Shown here one piece after another: positions 42,248-52,568 of a DNA stretch of 64,000 nucleotides (its first letter is position 1; each line of letters begins with the position of its first letter). The DNA is taken from contig CAVQBA010000004.1 in the NCBI GenBank assembly GCA_963710605.1, positions 864,001 through 928,000 on the forward strand. Reading direction: 5' to 3'. Position numbers and translations under genes: made by a program. This DNA comes from an uncultured cyanobacterium. GTDB taxonomy: Bacteria; Cyanobacteriota; Cyanobacteriia; Cyanobacteriales; Cyanobacteriaceae. The notes beneath the pieces were generated by a model. The model saw nothing but the letters and a program-made list of their open reading frames with translations, was not told the DNA's origin and ran no database searches.

Positions 42248-42313
42248 AAGTCCCCAATCTTGGGGGATTTAGGGGGCTTTCTTTGTACTTCATAATGGTG
42301 ACAATTGCTATAT
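42248..42313 (-). mobile_element. Partial copy of the TATAGC MITE-like element
   Basis: Reverse complement ATATAGCAATTGTCACCATTATGAAGTACA...TCCCCC..GGGGACTT aligns with 22284-22352. Confidence 0.7.
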
Positions 42314-42337
42314 ACTCAATAATAAATTCAATTTAAT

Positions 42338-43370
42338 TTAAGTTAGTAATAATTGCATTTGTCGATCGATTTGGTTCAAATCATGATGATTAACTTGTTG
42401 TATTTGCTGTTTAACCGCTTTTGCTAAACAGTAAGCTAAATTACAAGGCACTGCATTACCAACCATCTTGTAACCAGCCGTTACATTGTTGTAATAGAAA
42501 ATATAATCGTCTGGAAACGTCTGAATTCTAGCACATTCTCTAACGCTTAAACGTCGATAAAGATGTTCGTAACTAGGTACAAAAATTCTTTTATCTTTTT
42601 CAACAAGTTTCATTTTAGGTGCTTGAGGATGAATAGGTGCGTGTCTTCCTCCTGCTTGGATTGTAAATGATGGCTCGTCCCAATTTCTAACTCTATTTCT
42701 AGACATATACATAGTTGAAAAACTACCAAGCATATATTCATGATTGGGAATTAAACAATTATTTCCATTGGTATGGTTATTATTTTTAGCTGGAATAATG
42801 TTATCTTTCAAATTCCAAATAACATCTTTTAAAACTATTTTATGAGATAAGCTATTAGGAAAATAAAATCTAATATTTAAATCATTTCTAATACCAACAA
42901 AAAAGACTCTTTTTCTTTCTTGAGGCACTCCATAATTAACAGCATTTAAAAGTTCAAAAGATAAAGTATATCCACTTTCAATAAATAATTTTTTAATATT
43001 ATTTAAAGCTGATTCGTGTCGTTTTGCTAACATTCCGCCAACATTTTCAGCTACAAAAAATAAAGGTTGCTTATCTCGTAAAACTCTAATAAATTCAAAA
43101 AATAATTGTCCTCTTTTATCTTCTATTCCTCTTAACGCTCCCGCTTCACTCCAACTTTGACAAGGAAGCCGCCGATAATTCCATCACAATCGGGAATATC
43201 TGATGAAGGAATATCTTTAATAGAACGTGTATCTAACTTTGTATTCGGAAAGTTACTTTCAAAAGTTTTCCAAATTTCTTTGTCATATTCGTTTGCCCAA
43301 ATTGTTTGAAAACCTGCGTTTTCAAAACCTTTATCTAATCCTCCAGCACCAGTAAATAAGGATACGATCG
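42338..43370 (-). pseudogene. C5 DNA methyltransferase (M.HaeIII/M.NgoPII-like, GGCC), frameshifted at ~43166
   Basis: Motif [13 protein letters not shown] is in the endonuclease frame; [35 protein letters not shown] and GNAVP are in the other frame. Confidence 0.88.
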
Positions 43371-44280
43371 TATCTTTAGATTGATTTTGTTGACTTATTT
43401 TTTCATCTCTATTGTTACTAAAAATAAGTTTTTTATTATCTTCAAAACTAAAAGTAATAATTTTTGCGTCAATTAACTGAACAGGATTGTTAGGGTTTTT
43501 AATCTTGATATCTTTAACGATTAAAACTGACGATGATTCTATTTGACTTCGATTGAATTGTGGAAAAGATAAGTATTTATCCTTTCTCATGATCACGACC
43601 AATTCAAACTTACTAGTGTGAGTTTGGTTATATAAATAACTAAAGACTTTTTTAGGATTGGTAATACTCCACATTCCTCTGATTCTTAGATTAGTAATAC
43701 CTAAGGGGTCAACTTTATTTACTCTTCCTAATTCCTTAGTTTCGGCAAATTCAACATTAGGAATGCTTTTAATTCCTTGAGAAATAGTAGATTGAATTCT
43801 TTGATAAGTTTCTTTGTCGGCGGCGTAACAATCACCATAAACCATCCATAAAGTTTTTAAGCAATTATTAGATGTATAACCAACAGTATAAATAATATCT
43901 TTTTGGCTCCAATCCTCACAATCTCGACAAGCTTTAGTTATCATCGGACTGTTAGAATACAACTTTGCTTTTGGATATGAGCTATTTAATGCTAAGTCTG
44001 ATAATGGCGATTCTATTTTTTTGATTTCGATCGCATCACCATTTTTTAACATAAGATCAGGTGGGTTATTTTTATTACCCAAATAAGAATATGTCTTTTC
44101 TAATTTATTTAATCTAATTTGCTCATTTTTTTCTTCAATTGTATTAGCAAAAATATCTTGAATAAAAATTTCAAGACCTGTACCTATATTATTAATTCTA
44201 TTCCTACCTTTATAAAAATCGATAAGTTCAATAACTGGATGCTTAGTAATTGCGATACAGGCTTGCAAAATATTTGACAT
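43132..44280 (-). CDS. NgoPII-family type II restriction endonuclease fused to the MTase N-terminus
   Basis: [33 protein letters not shown] (PD..E-x-K), [22 protein letters not shown]. Confidence 0.85.
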   Translation of the reverse strand: MSNILQACIAITKHPVIELIDFYKGRNRINNIGTGLEIFIQDIFANTIEEKNEQIRLNKLEKTYSYLGNKNNPPDLMLKNGDAIEIKKIESPLSDLALNSSYPKAKLYSNSPMITKACRDCEDWSQKDIIYTVGYTSNNCLKTLWMVYGDCYAADKETYQRIQSTISQGIKSIPNVEFAETKELGRVNKVDPLGITNLRIRGMWSITNPKKVFSYLYNQTHTSKFELVVIMRKDKYLSFPQFNRSQIESSSVLIVKDIKIKNPNNPVQLIDAKIITFSFEDNKKLIFSNNRDEKISQQNQSKDTIVSLFTGAGGLDKGFENAGFQTIWANEYDKEIWKTFESNFPNTKLDTRSIKDIPSSDIPDCDGIIGGFLVKVGVKRER

Positions 44281-44397
44281 ATTTTATCAATTTATTTAAT
44301 TCTAACTACACTATTTTAATATGCTCAATATTTTTTGATTAATAAAGATTAGTAATGTCGAAATTTACTCACTTTCTTTAAATTTAAGAATAGAGAA

Positions 44398-44883
44398 TTA
44401 TTGTAAGGATGTATAAGCAAAAGTCACGTTAAACTCACGACACCAAATACCGATGGATTGAAAATCATCAAGATTAACATCATCACCAATTAAGTAACGT
44501 TGCCCACCAGCAAACTTCTCTAATTTAGCAACATTGATATAGTCTTTTTCTTTAATGTTATTTTCAACTTGAGAATCACGATGTAAAATAACAAATACAT
44601 CAGGACCATTAGGAGTGCTAAAATCAGAACTGAAAACAAGATAACGTTTACCATTTTCAGTAACTACATTAACTGTACCTGTAGTGGGTTGTTGTTTACC
44701 GACGGCAGTGAAAGTGTTTTTACTTTGAGTATTTTGGGCAATTACAATCTCGCTTGTCTGATTTGATAAATTAACCTCTTTTGCTTCTGATGGTAAAAAT
44801 GGGTTTAAAGCTAATCCTGTAGTGGAAACGAGTAATAATAAAGTAGATAGTTTGGTAACGGCTTGGTTGTTTAAAAATTTCAT
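44398..44883 (-). CDS. Secreted DM13-domain protein
   Basis: Signal peptide; GPDVFVIL...GGQRY...IWCREFNVTFA. Confidence 0.9.
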   Translation of the reverse strand: MKFLNNQAVTKLSTLLLLVSTTGLALNPFLPSEAKEVNLSNQTSEIVIAQNTQSKNTFTAVGKQQPTTGTVNVVTENGKRYLVFSSDFSTPNGPDVFVILHRDSQVENNIKEKDYINVAKLEKFAGGQRYLIGDDVNLDDFQSIGIWCREFNVTFAYTSLQ

Positions 44884-45330
44884 TAGTGGAAAACTCCTTT
44901 TTTTTTGCTTAACTACTATTATTAAGTACCAACATTAAGAGTATCTATACAGTGACTGAAGGTTTGATGAGTAGTTTTGGCTTAAAAATGAAAAAAAGAT
45001 AGTATCAAGCTGAGTGATTTCTCAGTTAGAATAAAAGAAAGATAGTTAGGTGAATTGAGAATTGATAATTGAGAGTTGAGAATTGAGAATAAACTGGTTA
45101 TTACCTATTACCAAAAATTTATAGAGTATATGCCTTCCCTCAATTAGGGATAAAAAGAAAAATTTTCCTTTTACTCAATCTTCTTTTTTCAAAAAGAGGT
45201 GATTGTTAATTATACATACTTAGACATCGTTCAGTATAAATTATTCATTGCTAATTATTCATTGCTAATTGCTCATTGTTGAAGCTGTTTTTGTTTTCGG
45301 TTTAATTAACTATTATTTCTAATTAAGATT

Positions 45331-46503
45331 ATGAATACTTCTAATACCCCTAAGTCTAGTTTACAAATTCGTCCTTTACAATATCGTGATCTTAATGCGA
45401 TCGCTTTTTTATTAACTCAACGTTTAGAGACGGAGTACGATTACGCCCGAGCATCTTTACTCAAGAAAATACGCAAGTATCAAAGTTATTATGGGCTTTT
45501 ACAACTTTCTCATCTTGTGGGGGACAGTTTTAGTAAAGACTTATATCTATACATCGCTGAAAAAGACGAACAAGTACATGGCTTTATTGAAGTAAATCCT
45601 CATAATGCTAATCGTACAACTTGGAAAGTAGAACAAATTTTAGTTAATCACAATACTTCCTTAAGTCATTTACTCGTAGGTAGATGTAGCATCGGCTCAC
45701 AATTACTTAAATATTGCTTTGAGAAAATTTGGGAAGCTAGAACATGGATACTAGAAGTTAATATTAACGAAAAAAATACGATCGGGCTTTACCGTGAGAA
45801 TGGTTTTCAACCAATGGAACAAATTACCTATTGGGAATGTAGCTCAGAAATTTTACAATCTTTAGCGGTACAAGATACAAGTTTACCGAATCTATTACCG
45901 GTGAGTAATGCTGATAGTCGTTTGATTTATCAATTAGACTGTATGTGTCTGCCACCAATGTTAAGACAAATATTCGATCGACACGTAGAAGATTTTAAAT
46001 GTAGTTTGTGGCAATATTTGCAAGAAAAATTACAAGGATTATTACATCAAGTTGATACGGTTAGTGCTTATGTGTTTGAACCGCAAAGAAAAGCGGCGAT
46101 CGGTTATTTTAAATTAGAGGTATGTAAAGATGGTAGCCAATCTCACCAGGCAACCTTGCTCGTCCATCCTGCTTATACTTGGTTATACCCTAAATTACTC
46201 AGTAAAATGGCGGAATTAGTTAATCCTTTTCCTGCTCAGTCATTAATACTTTCCTCCGCAGATTATCAAACAGAAAGAGAAGAGTATTTAATTAACTTAG
46301 GTGCAACCAGAAAAGATCATAACTTATTTATGTCTCGCTCGGTATGGCATAAATTAAGAGAAGCAAAAACGATCGATTGGAGTTTACCAGAAGTATTAAA
46401 AGGCTTTAAACCAGCTCGTAGCCCTATTCCTACTCCTTGGACTAAATCTTATTGGAAGGAAGATTCAACGAACCCTAACAATAATTCATCAGAAAATAAT
46501 TAA
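45331..46503 (+). CDS. GNAT-family N-acetyltransferase, cyanobacterial type
   Basis: IRPLQYRDL, IGSQLL, N..IGLYRENGFQP, SRSVWHKLRE. Confidence 0.85.
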   Translation: MNTSNTPKSSLQIRPLQYRDLNAIAFLLTQRLETEYDYARASLLKKIRKYQSYYGLLQLSHLVGDSFSKDLYLYIAEKDEQVHGFIEVNPHNANRTTWKVEQILVNHNTSLSHLLVGRCSIGSQLLKYCFEKIWEARTWILEVNINEKNTIGLYRENGFQPMEQITYWECSSEILQSLAVQDTSLPNLLPVSNADSRLIYQLDCMCLPPMLRQIFDRHVEDFKCSLWQYLQEKLQGLLHQVDTVSAYVFEPQRKAAIGYFKLEVCKDGSQSHQATLLVHPAYTWLYPKLLSKMAELVNPFPAQSLILSSADYQTEREEYLINLGATRKDHNLFMSRSVWHKLREAKTIDWSLPEVLKGFKPARSPIPTPWTKSYWKEDSTNPNNNSSENN

Positions 46504-46548
46504 GATGAGTTCGTAATTCGTAGTTAACTTTAGTTAATGTATCTGATT

Positions 46549-46601
46549 AGCCTTGAACTTAAGTTCAAGGCTCAAATAAAGTCGTTCAATAAATTGAACT
46601 A
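46549..46601. repeat. Double-hairpin dispersed repeat, copy 1
   Basis: Perfect 24-bp palindrome AGCCTTGAACTTAAGTTCAAGGCT, then GTTCAATAAATTGAAC; related copy at 63417-63467. Confidence 0.75.
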
Positions 46602-46707
46602 AGATTCTTGAAAACACGCTCGATCGTATTTGGCTATACAATTAGTAATTTAGTTAGATTAAGGTAGGTAATGCCCACCCTATTATTAATTAACTGTTTG
46701 CTATTGC

Positions 46708-47466
46708 TTATTTTTTTTTGCCTTTTGGGAAATAGTCAATTTCAGCAGTGCCATAAAAAACAAATTCTTTATTTTTTACCCTTGCTCGATCGACCCTTAA
46801 ACGAGTACCATCTAGTTTAAACTTTTCTAAGTCAAGTAGATTATTAACATGAGCTAAAATAGCTTTACTAACTTCTTGGGATTCTTCATCACCCTCATAC
46901 TCAGGGTTAGTAAACATAATTTTAGTTCTGTCTTTTACTTCTAATTCAGTTTTAATATTCATTTTCAGAACATTATCACTTTTACCCTTGGTAACATCTG
47001 ATTTAATCTTTAAAGATTTATCTTGATCTACAATAATTTGAGTATTACTAAAATTTAAGGGTTCTCCTTCATACTCAAGTTTTTGTAACTTCTCAACAAT
47101 AAAAGGCGTGTTAAACGAAGAAGTTAAATCTTCCTCTGTCAAAACAATCCTCATTGTAGCTTGGGTAGGCTGTTTTAATTTTACCTGACCTGTAAAAACG
47201 GCTCCTACATCGATCGATAAAGCTTGTAAATACAACTCCATCGCCTCAAGACGTAATCCATTGTACATCAGCAGTCCATTACCAACGAAATCTAAACCAT
47301 CGATACTGCCCTGTAACAACTTGGCTACAGGCTCTGCTTTTACATTTACGTTCATTGAGCCTGTTTTTTTAAACAAGGCTGAAATTGCCGTTGTAACTAC
47401 TTTACTGACGACTTGATCGCCACTTTGGCCGGAAAAGGGTAAACTACCAAACACAATTGCTGTCAT
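46708..47466 (-). CDS. DUF2993 / LmeA-like protein (likely start 47466)
   Basis: KLLQGSIDG, IVLTEEDLTSSFNTP motifs. Confidence 0.8.
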   Translation of the reverse strand: MTAIVFGSLPFSGQSGDQVVSKVVTTAISALFKKTGSMNVNVKAEPVAKLLQGSIDGLDFVGNGLLMYNGLRLEAMELYLQALSIDVGAVFTGQVKLKQPTQATMRIVLTEEDLTSSFNTPFIVEKLQKLEYEGEPLNFSNTQIIVDQDKSLKIKSDVTKGKSDNVLKMNIKTELEVKDRTKIMFTNPEYEGDEESQEVSKAILAHVNNLLDLEKFKLDGTRLRVDRARVKNKEFVFYGTAEIDYFPKGKKK

Positions 47467-47567
47467 CGCTAAGATTTTCAATTTACACTTATACATCTTA
47501 ACATTAAGAAATGTTAAATTGATAAGCAATAATACTTATTTAATGATATGAATATTTTATCAAGAGC

Positions 47568-48734
47568 CTAATCTCTCGTTATAGAAAGAGCGAATCTTTG
47601 AGTTATTTGTTCCATAACCATTACCGTCCATTCTAAATCTTCTTGGGTGATCCGACAATCAAAACTTAGTCTAATTCCTCTAATTGCTTGTTGGGCAGAA
47701 TATCCCATCGCTGTCAAAACAGGTGAGGGTAGTGATTTACCACTATTACACGCACTACCTGCACTAATAGCAATACTGGCTAAATTTAATTCTCTGACCA
47801 TTTTTCTACCTGTCAAATCTTGGTTAGAATGATTAATCATAAAACTAGCATGATGAGGTAAACGTTGTTTTCTATCTCCTGTTAAAGATAACCAAGGGCA
47901 ACGACTCAAGGTTAAATCAATAAAATTATCTCTTAAACTAGTTAACTGTAGATATTCGCTCTTTAATTCTTTTTGTACCAAACTCGCCGCTAAACCCAAT
48001 GAAGCAATATTAGGTAGTGCTTGTGTCCCTGCTCGTAATCCTAATTCTTGTCCTCCTCCTCGTAACCAAGGTTCAATTTTTGTTTTTGGTTTGATATATA
48101 AAGCCCCTGCCCCTTGTATTGAGTGAAATTTATGTCCAGACAAAGAAAGTAAATCTACCCCCAAACTTTGAACATCGATCGGTAAACGTCCGACTGTTTG
48201 TACTGCATCAGTATGAAACAATGCACGGCTATTTTCTTTAGTAACTTGAACTAATCGTTCAATTGGTTGAATTGTACCTACTTCACTTTGCCCATGAATA
48301 ATTGAGACAAGTACTGTATTTTCTTGTAAAGATGCTTGCAAATCAGTAGGATTGACTTTACCATAACGATCGACCTTGAGGCGAGTAACTTGCCACCCTT
48401 TTTTTTCCAATTGTTTGACAGGAGCGGAAACACCAGAATGTTCTACACTTGAGATAATAATATGTTGTGGTTGATCGTATTGTTGAGTAACACCAAAAAT
48501 TGCCAAATTATCAGCTTCAGTGCCACCACTTGTAAAAACGATCGATTGACTATCCACCGCATTAAGTAAAGAAGCTACCTGAATACGAGCAGTTTCCACC
48601 GTCATAGTAGCTCTTTCTCCTGCAAAATGTAAACTAGAAGGATTACCCCACTCCTTAGTCAATATAGTTTGTAATAATTCCACCACTTCCGAGCGTGGAG
48701 CGGTTGTAGCACAAGAATCAAGATAAATTTGCAT
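47568..48734 (-). CDS. iscS: Cysteine desulfurase (IscS/NifS family)
   Basis: IYLDSCATT, GNPSS, FTSGGTEADN, HTDAVQ, SGHK, SAGSAC. Confidence 0.93.
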   Translation of the reverse strand: MQIYLDSCATTAPRSEVVELLQTILTKEWGNPSSLHFAGERATMTVETARIQVASLLNAVDSQSIVFTSGGTEADNLAIFGVTQQYDQPQHIIISSVEHSGVSAPVKQLEKKGWQVTRLKVDRYGKVNPTDLQASLQENTVLVSIIHGQSEVGTIQPIERLVQVTKENSRALFHTDAVQTVGRLPIDVQSLGVDLLSLSGHKFHSIQGAGALYIKPKTKIEPWLRGGGQELGLRAGTQALPNIASLGLAASLVQKELKSEYLQLTSLRDNFIDLTLSRCPWLSLTGDRKQRLPHHASFMINHSNQDLTGRKMVRELNLASIAISAGSACNSGKSLPSPVLTAMGYSAQQAIRGIRLSFDCRITQEDLEWTVMVMEQITQRFALSITRD

Positions 48735-48742
48735 TCACAGTT

Positions 48743-48832
48743 AGTTAAAAGTTAAAAGTTAAAAGTTAAGAGTTAAGAGTTAAAAGTTAAAAATTATTCT
48801 CAATTCTCAATTCTCAATTCTCAATTCTCCAT
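48743..48832. repeat. Two abutting heptamer arrays, (GTTAAAA/GTTAAGA)x7 and (AATTCTC)n
   Basis: Fill essentially the whole purM-iscS spacer and the last purM codons. Confidence 0.9.
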
Positions 48833-49832
48833 TCCCCAATCCTACTTTACCAATTTGTGTTGCTTCTAGTCCATACTTACTAAAATGTTCGATCGTCGAT
48901 GAAGCCTCACTTGAGTCAACTATCACCACAAAACCAACACCCATATTAAAAGTATTAAGCATTGCATCTCGATCGACATTACCAGTTTGAGCTAACCAAG
49001 TAAATATTGGCGGAATTTTCCAACTATCGTTAATAATCTCCAAAGATTTACCTTCAGGTAAACAACGAGGTAAATTTTCAGGTAATCCTCCTCCAGTAAT
49101 ATGTGCCATCGCTTTGATATTTAATCCAGATTTTAAAGCAGATAAAACAGGTTTGACATAAAGTTGAGTCGGAGTAAGACATTCATCACCTAAACTTTTA
49201 CCACCTAACTCTGCTGGTTGGTAATCCCAATCTAGATTTGCTTGTTCAATTATTTTACGTACCAAGGAAAAACCATTACTATGAATTCCACTACTAGGCA
49301 AGGCAATGGCTACATTACCAATATCAACTTGACTACCATCAATAATTTTACTTTTTTCAACTATCCCGACACAAAAACCCGCTAAATCATATTCTCCTTG
49401 CTGATAAAAACCGGGCATTTCTGCTGTTTCGCCACCAAGTAAAGCACATCCACTTTCTTTACAACCATCAACAATACCATTAACTACTTGTGCTAACTGA
49501 TTACTATTTAATTTACCTGTAGCTAAATAATCGAGAAAAAATAATGGCTCAGCACCACTGGTTAAAATATCATTGACACACATCGCTACTAAATCTATAC
49601 CAACAGTGTCATGTTTATCTAATTGATGAGCAATCTTTAATTTCGTGCCTACTCCATCCGTGCCTGAAACTAAAACAGGTTGAGTATAGCCTGTGGGAAT
49701 CTCAAAGCAACCACCAAAGCCACCTAATCCACCTAATACTCCCTGACGATAAGTGCTGGCAACTCGATCGCTTATTTTACTAACAAATTCTCTTCCTGCT
49801 TCAACATCCACTCCTGCTTGTTTGTAATCCAT
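48807..49832 (-). CDS. purM: Phosphoribosylformylglycinamidine cyclo-ligase
   Basis: [43 protein letters not shown]. Confidence 0.97.
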   Translation of the reverse strand: MDYKQAGVDVEAGREFVSKISDRVASTYRQGVLGGLGGFGGCFEIPTGYTQPVLVSGTDGVGTKLKIAHQLDKHDTVGIDLVAMCVNDILTSGAEPLFFLDYLATGKLNSNQLAQVVNGIVDGCKESGCALLGGETAEMPGFYQQGEYDLAGFCVGIVEKSKIIDGSQVDIGNVAIALPSSGIHSNGFSLVRKIIEQANLDWDYQPAELGGKSLGDECLTPTQLYVKPVLSALKSGLNIKAMAHITGGGLPENLPRCLPEGKSLEIINDSWKIPPIFTWLAQTGNVDRDAMLNTFNMGVGFVVIVDSSEASSTIEHFSKYGLEATQIGKVGLGNGELRIEN

Positions 49833-50121
49833 TCTCTGAATAACTCCTTTTCCAGCTTTAATAACTATTTACAATATTATGAATTTTAACCTTTAATATG
49901 ATCAATTTTTCTTATCAATAGTTCGTAAATTAAGTGGATTAAATTAAGAAAATACTTGACAAATAAATCACGAGCGATCTTTTTTAACGCTATTTGATAA
50001 CTTATGAGTCGATCGATAAAAACAATAAGACATTATTGATCATAAAATCAAAGGTTTCAAGTCTTGCCTTTTAAGGCGTTGTTGATTTTGGTGGTCGTTT
50101 CAAACTACTTTTATTTATTAC

Positions 50122-50154
50122 CTTTGCCCTTTGCCCTCTGCCCTTTGCCCTTTG
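50122..50154. repeat. Heptamer tandem repeat (CTTTGCC)n
   Basis: ctttgcc ctttgcc ctctgcc ctttgcc ctttg. Confidence 0.9.
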
Positions 50155-50433
50155 TTGACGATCGATTAGTTTTATTTAACTGTTTTCAACAATTTAAAAT
50201 TAAACAGCCTTTTACTATAACACCGTTTGATTAGTGATCAACTCAATGTTAAAGAAACAAAATTGAACAGCAAATTTAGATAAGAAATACTTTAGTTTAC
50301 TCAAAAATTATCATGTTACCTTGAATAGGGTTTGCAAACCAATGACTTTAATTTCAAAAAAAGAACCAGTAAAAGCCGAATTATTGAAACGGTACTCACA
50401 ATTTTAGGATTACCAAAAAAATACAGATTCATT

Positions 50434-51351
50434 ATGAGTAAAAAAACTTATCAAAATATTGTTACCTCTGCTCTTACCGCAGTAATTGGATTAAGTCTAA
50501 ACTACACATCATTAATCGCTACAGCAAGTGCCGAAAATTTACAAACCGACGAAAATAAGACTGTTGTTTCCCCTACACCAGAAGACTCATTAGCTGTCAA
50601 ACATATTGAACAAAATTTTCTTGAAACCAAGCTATATCAACATCAATGGCAAGGTAAAAACGTTGTTACTTTACAATTCAAGAGTATTCCTTTATTTACC
50701 TTCATCTCTACTCCTGAGTCTGATGCAGTTGAACAAGCGACAAAAGTAGCACAACAATTAGAACAATTGAGCCAAGAATCGATCGATGCTACTAATATTT
50801 TAGTTGAATGGAATGACAAAACCAAAGATTATTCAGTGAAATACGAAGAGCAAGAGTTAATCAGAGTCAACAAACTTGTTCGTTTACCTGATAGTAAAAA
50901 TAATTTATCTCAAGACGCACTACAAGCAACAAATCGCTTACGTCGTTTGCTGGGTAATGCTGAGCCTTTAACTAAAATAAAAGGAGAGCCGAAAAAAGTA
51001 ATTGCCAAAAAAGCGAATACAACTCGGATTAAAAACGTTGCGAGAAGGAATGTCGGTCGATCGTATAGAGGTCAAGCTTCTTGGTATGGCCCTGGGTTTC
51101 ATGGGCGTAGAACGGCTAACGGTGAAGTATTTAATCAAAATGCGATGACAGCCGCTCATAAGACATTGCCTTTTGGTACTAAAGTTCAGGTGACTAATTT
51201 ACGTAATGGTCGTTCTGTTGTAGTTAGAATAAACGATCGAGGTCCTTTCACTCGTGGTCGAATTGTGGACTTATCAGCAGGTGCGGCACGTGTTATTGGG
51301 CTAAAAAGTAGCGGTATTGCTCCTGTAAAAGTTGAAGTTTTAAGACGTTAA
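50434..51351 (+). CDS. rlpA: RlpA-family lytic transglycosylase (likely start 50434)
   Basis: [38 protein letters not shown]. Confidence 0.93.
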   Translation: MSKKTYQNIVTSALTAVIGLSLNYTSLIATASAENLQTDENKTVVSPTPEDSLAVKHIEQNFLETKLYQHQWQGKNVVTLQFKSIPLFTFISTPESDAVEQATKVAQQLEQLSQESIDATNILVEWNDKTKDYSVKYEEQELIRVNKLVRLPDSKNNLSQDALQATNRLRRLLGNAEPLTKIKGEPKKVIAKKANTTRIKNVARRNVGRSYRGQASWYGPGFHGRRTANGEVFNQNAMTAAHKTLPFGTKVQVTNLRNGRSVVVRINDRGPFTRGRIVDLSAGAARVIGLKSSGIAPVKVEVLRR

Positions 51352-51389
51352 AAATATAATTTCAGATAAAAAAATTCAACCACCCCTGA

Positions 51390-51410
51390 CCCCTCCTTCA
51401 AAAGGAGGGG
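51390..51410. terminator. GC-rich hairpin after rlpA (terminator or dispersed repeat)
   Basis: CCCCTCCTT-caa-AAGGAGGGG; no U tract. Confidence 0.45.
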
Positions 51411-51480
51411 AAGTAGATGTAGCTAGATTTCGATCGTATTTTATTGAGTTTCGTATTCTAAAGACGATCGTAACTATATC

Positions 51481-51634
51481 GTAGGTTGGGTTGAAGTAAT
51501 GAAACCCAACGTTTAAAATTAAAATGTGTATCACGATCTATCTAGTTAATATTTCGATCGTCTGAATGTTGGGTTTCGCATGACAAAACGATCGTAACTA
51601 TTACTCCAAATTTTAAAGGCTCAACCCAACCTAC
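51481..51634. mobile_element. Inverted GTAG-REP doublet (REPIN-like)
   Basis: GTAGGTTGGGTTGA..GAAACCCAAC ... GTTGGGTTTC..TCAACCCAACCTAC. Confidence 0.8.
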
Positions 51635-52446
51635 TTTTTATTTAGATTATCTAAAAAGCTGAGAGGATTACTCATATTTTCCGCAAAACCGAGGATACCT
51701 TTATCTTGATGTTGATAGATTAGTTCTCCTTCAGAATTGAATAAAAAAGTTGCTCCTCTTTGAGTTAGAAAACGATCGTCGGGTACATACGTTTGCCAAT
51801 TTGGTAAAACTTCTAACATATTTTGTAACCGTAAAGTCGCTAATTCAAACGGGCGTTGATAATCTTTACCGACAGTCTTAAATAATGAGCCTTTAATTGA
51901 GGGAAAAAATTTGAGGTTAATTTCTTCTTCTGAATCAAACAATTGTGGTGCATTTTTGTCGCCTTTATAACCTCGAAATACTTCTTTGAGAGTACCTTTA
52001 CTACCAATTCCTGCACACATCAACATCAAATTTAACCAAGCATTTTGCCCGTCATCAAGAAAAGGCAAACGCCAATCTAAACCTTGATAGAGATTTAATT
52101 GTTGATGGATTGAAGCGGTTGGGTCAATATATAAGTGTTCGGTAGGAAAATTGGTATATTCACAAAACTTTCGTCCTGATGTTAAATTACCGATTGCGAT
52201 CGCTTTAACTTTAATATTTTTAGCTTGAAGTTTATCTGCTTGTTTATTTAACCACCAAGCATATTCTAAAGTATCAAAATCTCCTAGTTGCGACCAAATT
52301 AAAACTAAGGTATTTTTCTGAATCGATCGATCTTCGGGCGAGATAATTAGACTTTGTTTTCCATCACTAACCCTTTGTTTTGTAGTGGTAATAAAAATAG
52401 AATAAGGATCGATTTTTTCAGATGAATTATTTAAAGTAGTTGTCAT
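51631..52446 (-). CDS. Peroxiredoxin-like (AhpC-TSA_2) family protein (likely start 52446)
   Basis: QLGDFDTLEYA, LMCAGIGS.GTL.EV.RGY, RPFELATLRL, TQRGATFLF. Confidence 0.8.
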   Translation of the reverse strand: MTTTLNNSSEKIDPYSIFITTTKQRVSDGKQSLIISPEDRSIQKNTLVLIWSQLGDFDTLEYAWWLNKQADKLQAKNIKVKAIAIGNLTSGRKFCEYTNFPTEHLYIDPTASIHQQLNLYQGLDWRLPFLDDGQNAWLNLMLMCAGIGSKGTLKEVFRGYKGDKNAPQLFDSEEEINLKFFPSIKGSLFKTVGKDYQRPFELATLRLQNMLEVLPNWQTYVPDDRFLTQRGATFLFNSEGELIYQHQDKGILGFAENMSNPLSFLDNLNKK

Positions 52447-52568
52447 TTGATGATTGATAATTATTTTTTGGTGTTTAGTCTTGATATTATAGTTACAGCA
52501 ATCCTGCAAATATTGTTTGGTGGCTTGGTATTGAAACACATTTATTTTTTTATTTTAATCAAACTTTC

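Noticed and set aside
43160-43175. Programmed -1 frameshift or phase-variable tract in the MTase
   Set aside because: No X XXY YYZ heptamer or simple-sequence tract; kept only as a minor alternative.
48743-48832. Possible CRISPR array among the repeats
   Set aside because: Units are contiguous 7-mers with no unique spacers, and there are no cas genes in the window.
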